Assembly: GCA_963752155.1 (NCBI GenBank)
Contig: CAVVXH010000010.1
Location: 32,001 to 96,000 of the forward strand
Length of the DNA stretch: 64,000 nucleotides
Reading direction: 5' to 3'
From: an uncultured Parachlamydiaceae bacterium
Lineage (GTDB): Bacteria; Chlamydiota; Chlamydiia; Chlamydiales; Parachlamydiaceae
Shown: piece by piece, positions 40,575-49,509 of the stretch
Layout of the letters: every line of letters begins with the position of its first letter
Position numbering within the stretch: position 1 is the first letter of the stretch
Program-made: the position numbers and the translations under genes
The notes under the pieces: model-generated
The model's input: only the letters and a program-made list of their open reading frames with translations
Told to the model about the DNA's origin: nothing
Databases searched by the model: none

Positions 40575-41434
40575 AATGTTTTCTCCTTCAAATTTAATAG
40601 ATGATAAAAAGAGTCTGGTAAAGGTGAAGTAAAACGCAAAGATTTACCTGTTAAAGGATGGATAAACCCAAGAGTATGTGCATGTAGAGCTAGGCGTTTA
40701 ATCGGATTGCATTTGGAGCCGTACTTTTTATCACCAACGATGGGATATCCTGCTTCTTGGCAGTGCACGCGGATCTGATTTTTTTTGCCTGTTTCAAGAG
40801 TGAGTTCCAGTAAAGTATATCCTTTACTTTTAGTTTTTACATTGAAATGTGTGACGGCAAGCTCTCCTTTAGAAGGATCTTGGGTTACTCTAACGATATA
40901 ATTGGGATCGTCGTATAGATAACTTTGCCAAGTCCCTTTTTGTTCAGGGAAAGCTCCTTCAACAATAGCTATATAGCGTCTTTCGATATCATGTTTTTCG
41001 AAGATTTTTTTTAATTTTTCAAGAGCTTGTTCATTTAGAGCAAAGAGCATAACGCCGGATGTGTCTTGGTCAAGACGGTGAACGACGTGTACTGTTCGCG
41101 GATAGTATTTGCGCTTTAGATAAGCAAATGCTGTTTCGGTCTTTTCAAAAGCAGTGGAAACACTTAGAAGTCCGACAGGTTTTTCTATGACCACAAAGGA
41201 ATCGTCACTGTAGAGGATAGGAAAAGTGTTTTCGACTAAACGAGTTTTTGAAGAAATGGAAATCAGTTGCCCTTTGGCAATTTTGCACTTTAGAGATTTT
41301 GCTGTTGATCCATCGACAGAAATGCGTCCGGAAGAGACCCAAGAGCGAAGGGTGGACTTGGAACTATCTGGAAAAAGGGTTGCAAGAGCCTCTAAAAGCT
41401 CTAAATCATCGGGACAGGAATAGTCTTGGCTCAT
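40571..41434 (-). CDS. RluA/RluD-family pseudouridine synthase with S4-like N-terminus
   Basis: VHRLDQDTSG, LETGKKNQIRVH, PIVGDKKY, LHA. Confidence 0.93.
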   Translation of the reverse strand: MSQDYSCPDDLELLEALATLFPDSSKSTLRSWVSSGRISVDGSTAKSLKCKIAKGQLISISSKTRLVENTFPILYSDDSFVVIEKPVGLLSVSTAFEKTETAFAYLKRKYYPRTVHVVHRLDQDTSGVMLFALNEQALEKLKKIFEKHDIERRYIAIVEGAFPEQKGTWQSYLYDDPNYIVRVTQDPSKGELAVTHFNVKTKSKGYTLLELTLETGKKNQIRVHCQEAGYPIVGDKKYGSKCNPIKRLALHAHTLGFIHPLTGKSLRFTSPLPDSFYHLLNLKEKTL

Positions 41435-42030
41435 TTAATATTTCGGGAGTTAGAGATAATCGATAAAAAATATTCATGCAAAGCGGTATTTTTTAAACTT
41501 AGCTCTGAATGAAAAGTGGCTCCTAAATGAAGGCCTTGACGTACAAGAACAGGTTCTTCCCCATGCGTAGCAAGAATTTTAACGTCTGGACCGCAATGTT
41601 TAATGCGTGGAGCTCTTATAAAAAAAGCGTGAGTTGTGCAGGATAACGATGAAATCTTTATTTCAGTAGCAAATGATTCGATTTGGCGCCCATAAGCATT
41701 TCTTTCTATGACAATATCTAGTAATCCTAAAGAGGGTGTAGGTGGATTTAGGACTTCTTTACTCATCAAAATGATTCCCGCGCAAGTTCCAAAAATCGGC
41801 TTTGTTTTTGCAAATTCCAACAATGGTTCTACGAGTTCAATGTAATGGAGCTGTCGAAGTATTGTTGTGGATTCACCCCCTGGAATGATCAAACCATTGC
41901 AAAAAAGCAATTCTTCCGGTGTGCGCACTTGTAGTGTGGCGATTCCTAGGGATTTTAAAACTTCCTGGTGTTTAGCAAAAGCTCCTTGCAAGGCTAATAC
42001 GCCAACTGTTAGAGGTGGATGAGTGGACAT
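41431..42030 (-). CDS. pdxT: PLP synthase glutaminase subunit
   Basis: VLALQG, PGGEST, GTCAG, RNAYGRQ, FIRAP, FHSE. Confidence 0.95.
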   Translation of the reverse strand: MSTHPPLTVGVLALQGAFAKHQEVLKSLGIATLQVRTPEELLFCNGLIIPGGESTTILRQLHYIELVEPLLEFAKTKPIFGTCAGIILMSKEVLNPPTPSLGLLDIVIERNAYGRQIESFATEIKISSLSCTTHAFFIRAPRIKHCGPDVKILATHGEEPVLVRQGLHLGATFHSELSLKNTALHEYFLSIISNSRNIK

Positions 42031-42036
42031 TGTGCC

Positions 42037-42942
42037 TTACCATCCTCGTTGAGCAAGCAATTCTTCTCTTCCAAGGTGTTGGATGTCGATCCCTTTCATA
42101 GCATCGAGGAGTCCCATGGAAATTTTTGCAAGCATTTCAGGATCGTTATAATAGGTGACTGCTGCGACGATCGCCTTGGCTCTTTTCACAGGGTCTGCGG
42201 ATTTAAATATGCCGGAGCCAACAAAGATACTTTCAGCTCCAAGTTGCATCATGAGAGCTGCATCAGCAGGAGTCGCGATCCCTCCGGCTGCAAAATTTGG
42301 TACGGGGAGTCGGCCGCTTTTGGCTATTAGCACAACAAGTTCGTAAGGAGCACCCATTCGCTTAGCTTCTGCCATTAATTCTGAGTGATCGAGAGAAGCA
42401 AGACGTCGGATATCGCGATTGATTGCGCGCATATGACGCACTGCTTCGACAACATTTCCTGTTCCGGCTTCTCCTTTGGTGCGGATCATCGCAGCGCCTT
42501 CACCAATGCGTCGTAAAGCCTCTCCTAGGTCACGGGCTCCGCATACAAACGGAATGCTGAATTGGTGTTTAGAGATATGATTTTCTTCATCTGCCGGGGT
42601 GAGGACTTCGCTTTCATCGATAAAATCGACAAATAGCGCTTCGAGGATTTGAGCTTCAACAAAGTGACCTATGCGACATTTTGCCATCACAGGAATAGAC
42701 ACAGCCTCTTGAATAGTTTGAATGAGCTCAGGATTAGACATCCGTGCCATCCCGCCTTCTGAGCGAATATCTGAAGGAATCCTTTCAAGAGCCATCACGG
42801 CAGCAGCGCCTGCCTCTTCTGCGATTTTAGCTTGATCTGCATTGGTGACATCCATGATCACGCCACCTTTAAGCATCTCTGCAAGACCGATTTTGACTTC
42901 GAAAGATCCCTTTTCAATGAGATGTTTGGTTTTATGTTGCAT
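42037..42942 (-). CDS. pdxS: PLP synthase lyase subunit
   Basis: [34 protein letters not shown]. Confidence 0.97.
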   Translation of the reverse strand: MQHKTKHLIEKGSFEVKIGLAEMLKGGVIMDVTNADQAKIAEEAGAAAVMALERIPSDIRSEGGMARMSNPELIQTIQEAVSIPVMAKCRIGHFVEAQILEALFVDFIDESEVLTPADEENHISKHQFSIPFVCGARDLGEALRRIGEGAAMIRTKGEAGTGNVVEAVRHMRAINRDIRRLASLDHSELMAEAKRMGAPYELVVLIAKSGRLPVPNFAAGGIATPADAALMMQLGAESIFVGSGIFKSADPVKRAKAIVAAVTYYNDPEMLAKISMGLLDAMKGIDIQHLGREELLAQRGW

Positions 42943-42960
42943 CGACTTTCCTTTATAGTG

Positions 42961-44150
42961 CTATCTGAAGTTTTTATTTTCAGCCATTTTACTTTTTACA
43001 AGAGATCTTAGAGCGTCTGCGCGATCTGTTTTTTCCCAAGTAAATTCAGATTCATGACGTCCAAAATGTCCTCCAAACGCAGTCTTTTGATATATTCGGA
43101 CGACAAAGATCTAACATTTTAAGAATACCGCCAGGAGAGAGATCAAAAAGTTCTAAGATAGCAGCTGACAAATATTGATCTGGAAACTGTCCAGTTCCAA
43201 AAGTGTCAATTTTAATTGAGATAGGCTGGGACATCCCAATCGCATAAGAAACTTGAATTTCACAACGGGAGGCTAATTTAGCGGCTACAACGTTTTTAGC
43301 AACATAACGTGCGGCGTAACTTGCAGAACGGTCCACTTTAGTTGGATCTTTTCCGGAGAAAGCTCCTCCGCCGTGACGTCCCATGCCTCCATATGTGTCT
43401 ACAATGATTTTTCTGCCCGTCAGTCCGCAATCAGCTGCCGGACCACCAATGGTAAAACGACCTGTTGGATTAATATAAAAAAGAGTTTTATCGTCGATGA
43501 GTTCTTGAGGAACAACATTTTTTACCAATCGAATCATATCTTCATGCAAGACTTTTTGGTCGATATCGTCTGAGTGTTGAGCAGATAAAACAACAGTATG
43601 CACTCGTAAAGGGCGGTGGTCTGCGCTGTACTCGATTGTGATTTGGGTTTTAGCATCTGGACCTAAATAGGGTAGAGTCTTTGCTCTTCTGACATTGTCC
43701 AATTCTCTGACGATTTGATGTGAAAGCATAATCGGTAAAGGCATGAGCTCCGGGGTATCTTCACATGCAAAACCAAACATCAGTCCCTGATCGCCTGCGC
43801 CCAATTCCTTTGAATCGCTAGCTCTTTCGTCAACTCCTAAGGAAATATCGGGGATTGTTTATTAATCGAGACATGATTCCGCATGAGCGGCAATCTAAAC
43901 CTAAGCGAGCATCCGTATAGCCTATATGTTCGAGCGTTTGACGCACAATAGCCTGGAAATTTAAATGAGCTTTGGTAGTAATCTCTCCGGCGACAATGAT
44001 GACCCCCGGACAAACAAGGACTTCGCAGGCAACTCTAGAAAGAGGGTCGTCAGTTAGAGCTGCATCTACAACTGCATCGGATATTTGGTCGGCAACTTTA
44101 TCCGGATGTCCAATGGCGACAGATTCGGAAGTAAATAAATATGTAGGCAT
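42961..44150 (-). CDS. metK: S-adenosylmethionine synthetase (frameshifts near 43860 and 43095)
   Basis: [32 protein letters not shown]; shifted C-terminus GHFGR...FTWE. Confidence 0.92.
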
Positions 44151-44259
44151 TATCAATTAACCATGGTGCAGATTTAATGGTATAAGCAAATATAGGCTGA
44201 TGTTAGTGGAACTTAATATATGTTGCAATAGGAAAAAAGTAAGGACAATAATTTCTGTA

Positions 44260-44416
44260 GACAGCAAGGACGGCAAGGACAGCAAGGACAACAAGGACAA
44301 CAAGGACAACAGAGATGACATGAAAGATAATTCAAAAATTTATGAGGACGGATCTATGTCGTTGCCTTGTTGTCCTTTTTGTCCTTTTCGTCCTTTTCGT
44401 CCTTGCCGTCCTTGCA
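44260..44416. repeat. inverted pair of 9-bp tandem repeats (GACAACAAG type)
   Basis: ~6 units gacagcaag/gacaacaag, a spacer, then complementary ccttgttgt/ccttttcgt/ccttgccgt units. Confidence 0.8.
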
Positions 44417-44418
44417 AC

Positions 44419-45130
44419 TTATTTCTGTAGAGCTTGGTTTCTCTTATTTGCCATTTTCTCAGCAGCTATCTTAACAGCTAAGTTTTTATCAGAAATGGCA
44501 CACTTAGTGGTTCCTTTGCATTTTCCTTTTCCGGCACAGTCATTTGTTTCAGTTTTGCAAGCATTTTCTCCACTGCAGCTGTTTGTTCCACCGCAACGTT
44601 GGCTAGCTAATTTTCTAGCTAATTCTTGCCCTTCTGGAGATAGCTTTTTGTATTGTTTAATCCCTTCACTATTGAGTTGCAGAAGAAGGTCTCCTTCCGA
44701 CATCAAATGGTATCCAAGATTCCCGGCATTTGCATCGGTATTCGCTGTAATCTACTTTTGAAGGATCTTCAAGAGTTGATTTTTCGTCTAAGTCGCGCGC
44801 AGCTACTGCATGATTTAGTTCCACATTTGGAAGCCACTGAATTGCATTTGCTTCCACATTTGGAAGCCACTGAATTGATTTACTCCACATTTGGAAGCCA
44901 CTGAATTGCATTTACTCCCACATTTCGAAGCTATGAATTGCATTTCCCCAATTCGAAGCTACGGTTGCATTTGCTTCCGCAACTACACGCAAAAGCTTCG
45001 AACGAAAGTTTGTTAGATTTTCTAATGTAAGAATCGTTTTTTCGTTTCCAAAAGCAGCAGAAGGTGTGCTAAGAAGAAATCCATTAGTTAAACCTAGGAG
45101 GGCTAATTGTTTTATGTTTGTTTTTTTCAT
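44419..45130 (-). CDS. secreted Cys-repeat protein A (reconstructed across several frameshifts)
   Basis: Signal peptide MKKTNIKQLALLGLTNG; 33-bp repeats encoding KCNSVASKCGS; C-terminal Cx5Cx5Cx6Cx5Cx5C domain. Confidence 0.7.
44821..44985 (-). repeat. ~5 tandem 33-bp coding repeats
   Basis: + strand unit ccacatttggaagccactgaattgcatttgctt; several copies are short by a few nt. Confidence 0.85.
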
Positions 45131-45214
45131 AAAATATGTCCTTTTATAGATTTGTTTAAATTATCAAAAAGATGGTCATACTTTGGAATATAAAGTTCCA
45201 AATATAACCATTCG

Positions 45215-46253
45215 TTATATTATTGAGGTAATGTTATTATTGAGAGTGCTATTTCGTTTTTCAGCCATTTTTCTTGAGCTACTTTGACAGCTGTGTTTTT
45301 ATCTGTAAAAGGACCTGGAGACTTACCTTTGCAGCCATTTTTACCAGCGCAAGAGTTTTCAGCATTTTTGCAAGATCCTAGACCTTTACAATCATTTTTA
45401 CCTTTACAATCTTGATTAGCAAGCTTAATAGCCAAAGCTTTACCTTCAGGTGTTAGAGAATGGAATCTGGCTTTTCCTTGTGCGTTTAGTTGAGATGATA
45501 GATTTTTATCATCTATATAAACTTTTGCTGTTCGTGGAGTTGTTATAGTCTCATTTTCAGCCACAAGTTTGTTTTTGTTACCTTCAGTAGTGATTTAGGA
45601 TTTACATCATTGTAAGGGTTGTTTGCTGGAGCATCAGCATAATAAAATCTATCTTCGTTATTTTGAGTAGGTTTTGAAGCTCCACAACTTTGCGCAGTTG
45701 ACTGATTATTGAAACTGGAATCTCTGAATTCTTTAGAAGCTCCACAACTTTGTGCAGTTGCTGGATTATTGAATCCTTCGGATTTACCACCACATCCTTG
45801 AGATATTTGTTGACCTTTTCCAGATCCACGTTCTCCACCTTGAGCACAGGATTGGGTTGGTGATCCATCAGAACGCATTCCACCACCACTACAGCTTTGT
45901 GAGATGAATTGACCAGAGCCAGATCCACGTTGTCCTTCGGATTGATTTGGTGACCCATCAGAACGCATGTCAGATCTACCAGCACATCCTGTAGATATTT
46001 GTTGACCTCTTCCAGATCCGCGTTCTCCACCCTGAGCACAGGATTGAGTTGGTGATCCATCAGAACGCATATCAGATCTGCCAGCACATCCTGTAGATAT
46101 TTGTTGACCTTGTGGAATGCTTGCTCCGCATCCAGCAGCTAAGATAGAGCCATAAGAACCATTTAGAGATGTGGCGTTGGCCTCTGCTCCTAAGAATAGT
46201 AGACCTCCGGTTAATCCCATTAAAGCAAGCTTTTTAAATTTGTTGTCTTCCAT
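45215..46253 (-). CDS. secreted Cys-repeat protein B, paralog of A (frameshifts near 45565 and 45268)
   Basis: Signal MEDNKFKKLALMGLTGG; repeats ISTGCAG/TQSCAQG/AQSCGAS; C-terminal domain SLTPEGKALAIKLANQDCKGKNDCKGLGSCKNAENSCAGKNGCKG homologous to A. Confidence 0.75.
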
Positions 46254-46568
46254 AATTTTCCTCAAACTTTTTTTTTTGATTCTGAGTTCTCGGCAGCCCA
46301 CTATATCCGCAGAGACTTCTTCTATTTTTGGGGTAACATACTTTCTATTTATGACTCAAGTTTTTTTTATGATGATATTTTGTTATCAGGCGTTTGCGTG
46401 CTTTGGACATGGTTACAAAAATTCTTTGTCCATTACAACGGCATGGGCGAAAATAGCCATTTTTTTCCGGTTTTCGCCAAGTATATGTCTATACCTGGCG
46501 AAAATTGCTATTTTTATCGTGTTTTCGCGGCTATCTGGAATTGATTTTTTGAGTGATTGGGTATACAA

Positions 46569-46873
46569 CTAGGGATGAGGTGTTATGGCAAGAATTGTTA
46601 TTACTTTTTTACCGGGCCCATAATGCCAAAAAATTCTGTAAGCCCCTGGTGTTTTATTTTGAGCGTAGGATTCGAAAACTTCTTCCCCGTTCGGGCCCTC
46701 CATCTCATCATATTTATGAGTATTTAATGAAGGATGCTTGAGGTTTGTACTCATGAGCTTTAAACTTTTGAGAACCGCTTTTTTAGCTATTTTTTTCCAT
46801 TGTCAGAGGCTAAAGCCAACAAGTCATCTTCAGCATTTTCAGTATATTCAAGTTCAAATTCGTTAGTTTGCAT
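46569..46873 (-). CDS. RelE-like toxin (frameshift near 46790)
   Basis: MQTNEFELEYTENAE start; HPSLNTHKY..., YRIFWHYG..ITILAITPHP. Confidence 0.7.
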
Positions 46874-47114
46874 CATTAAATATATCATCCAATTCTTCAG
46901 AGCTTATTACTCGACATTTTCTTTCTTTTGATTGCTGAATTGATTCTTTCAGCCTTTTTCTAAATCTTTCTTGCTTAAGTTCTTGAAGCCCTTTCAAAAT
47001 CATTTGATGAACGAAATCTTTTATTGATAATCTAGCTTTAACGCATTCTGTTTTTAATATTAAATGCTCATTTTCAGGTATATCAAAGCTCAATCTAACC
47101 ATGCTTTCTTTCAT
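46863..47114 (-). CDS. putative antitoxin (RHH-like)
   Basis: 83 aa, VRLSFDIP..H..LK N-terminus, overlaps the toxin start. Confidence 0.65.
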   Translation of the reverse strand: MKESMVRLSFDIPENEHLILKTECVKARLSIKDFVHQMILKGLQELKQERFRKRLKESIQQSKERKCRVISSEELDDIFNDAN

Positions 47115-47188
47115 ATAACCTCCTCTCTATATCTTAAGTATACAACATAACATGTTTACATGCAAATATGAAGTTTTAGCGCAGATTT

Positions 47189-49172
47189 TCACGAAGGTAA
47201 ACGGTCACCATGGTCAATGAAAAGAGAGATTAACTCTAAATTTTCATTGTTTTTGGCCAGTTCTAAAGGCTTCATTCCATTGAATTGGATGTTTACGTCA
47301 GCTCCTTTTTTTAAGAGATCTCTGACGAGCGGAATCTGATCTTTGTTGAGCATATGACCTTCGCAAAGGCGATAAAGAGGCGTTTTGCCTTCAGCATCAA
47401 GGGCATTGATGTAGGCTCGTGCCTCAATTAAGGGAATAATAACGTTCCACATCTTCTTTGTGATGGCTAGGTGCAAAAGAGGAATGCCACTTGGGTGAGG
47501 GATCGTTGCATCCGCTCCTTTCTTTAATAGGACTATAGTATTTAGTGAGCTTTCTTTATCAATGGCTAAGTGCAGGGGAGTCTTTTTCTTAGAGTCTTTT
47601 GCATCTAAGTCTACGCCAGCTTCTATGAGAAGAGCAATACACTCAGTTGAACCCCCTTCAACAGCGCTATGGAGTGGGTAAGATGGAGGATCGTTATGAG
47701 GGGAGGCATTTGCTTCCAATAAGAGCCTAAGAATTTTTGAGTCGTGAAAATTTTGACAGGCGATGGTTAGTGGTTTAAGGCCTCGTGAGTTGGCTTTAGC
47801 AACATCTGCCCCGTGGCCCAATAATAAGCGTACAAAACCTTCATGGCCAAGTTGTGTTGCTATGCAGAGCGGAGGAGATAACTCGCCTAAGGTTAAATTT
47901 GGATCTGCTTTGTGTTGCAATAAAAGTTTCGCTATTTCAATCTGAAGATTTTCAGTTGCATTGATAAGAGCTCTTCCACCTTGATTTTTTACAAGCAGGG
48001 GTTAATTCTTTCGTAATTTTTAAATTTAAGTTAGGGGTAAAAAAAGAATTTAATATCTTATATGAATCAGAATAGGTTTCTTTATGTGAAAATAGATCAA
48101 ATAGTTCTTCTGTTGAAAGGGTGAACAGATTAAGCAAGGTTCCTTCATGGTCGAATACAGTTTTACCTTTAAGCCTTTTTGAAGGAATTTCTTTTTTTAT
48201 TCTAAAGTTATGAATGCAAAATTGATCTATTTCTTTATATAGGTTTATAATATGTCTTTTTGCTTCTTCAAAAGTATAACCTAGTTTCTTATTATCATCT
48301 TTTTTTCCATAACCATATTTTATAGCTCGCCGAATCAAAGCTTGATCTTTGTATTTGTTTCCGTCCTTATTTAACTGTGCAATCTTTCCTAAATCAGCTA
48401 TTTCTAGCCAGTTTGTAATTTCGTTGATAATACTATCGTCTAAATTTATTGCTTTTTCGGAAACCTGAGAAAATATTTTAGGGGGCGAGATAAGGATATC
48501 AATACGTTGTTCGATATTGACAGACAAATCAGCGATCTCGGCTTTTCGCATGTTGATCTGTTCTGCGAAGTACCATTTTGTAAATAGATTTAATTTTGCA
48601 GCATTTACCATATGAATTATTTTTGGTTTCTATTGCTGTTCGACTGAAAGCTAAGTTGTTTTTACTCTAGAAATATTTAAATAATAAGGATTATTGTTCA
48701 ATAAATTGTTGAAAGTGTTTAAGAATTCCTTTATGTTTTTTAACGTGCTTTTCGCAGATTCGAGGGGAGGGGTGAATAGCCCTTTGGGGTGTTCTGGGAG
48801 ATTAAAAAATTGATATAAATGAAATGGGTAAAGTAGGGTTTCTGGATTCGAATATTTTTGAGGAATCTGATTTTTGAAAAAAAACTTTTGAATACGATTT
48901 AGCTTGGCATATTTAGTGTTATAGCCTTTAACCATCACTTTTGCTTTTTCTTGAAAAAGCTCATAAAGTTTACTTTCAGACATTTTGGCAAAGGGATCAT
49001 CTTGTATTTCGGCTTTGTATCTAAGGTTACCATTAATGACTAAGTCAATATTATTTAAATTCAAGAGAGCAGATCCGCCGCCCGTTCCTAGCTTTGCAGA
49101 GGTTTCTCGGATATAAAATGTATTGTCTTCTGGTCTAAGGATCACATTAAAAAAATTATTTGCCTGTCTCAT
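47189..49172 (-). CDS. ankyrin repeat protein, apparently split into three ORFs (47189-47920, 47952-48611, 48651-49172)
   Basis: Clear ankyrin repeats (TPLHLA, GADVN) in the last ORF; three co-oriented ORFs with 30-40 nt gaps; single-gene status is inferred. Confidence 0.65.
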
Positions 49173-49302
49173 TATGCTTCTATTTTAAGTATTGTAAATT
49201 AGTTTGGCATACTTTGACAGTAGACCGCCTATTTAGGGCTATTTTATCAGGAAATGTAATAGATGTAAAGCTTGGTCATTTTAACTCCTAAATAATGAAA
49301 TC

Positions 49303-49426
49303 GACTAAGGGACGAAAGGACAACAAGGACAACAAGGACGACAAGCAAGGACATATAAAATAAACGGGAAATGGTACTATCTTACATTTTTGTTGCTTGT
49401 CCTTGCTTGTCGTCCTTGTTGTCCTT
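49303..49426. repeat. inverted pair of 9-bp tandem repeats (GACAACAAG type)
   Basis: ggacaacaaggacaacaaggacgacaagcaaggaca ... tgtccttgcttgtcgtccttgttgtcc. Confidence 0.8.
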
Positions 49427-49509
49427 TTTTCCTATACTTTATACCCTAAAAATATAATACATATAGTATAATGAAATTAAAGGTTCATTCAAGTTATAAG
49501 GTTTAAACT

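Noticed and set aside
44200..44430. ORF with KDSKDNKD and CPFCPFRP repeats as a Cys-rich peptide
   Set aside because: It is the translation of the 9-bp inverted repeat element and has no convincing RBS.
44821..44985. CRISPR-like ~33-bp repeats
   Set aside because: Units are directly adjacent with no unique spacers, encode a peptide repeat, and no cas genes are present.
45602..46087. 161-aa alternative-frame ORF with VLMDHQ repeats
   Set aside because: It is an off-frame reading of the Cys-repeat gene B, whose frame carries the signal peptide and RBS.
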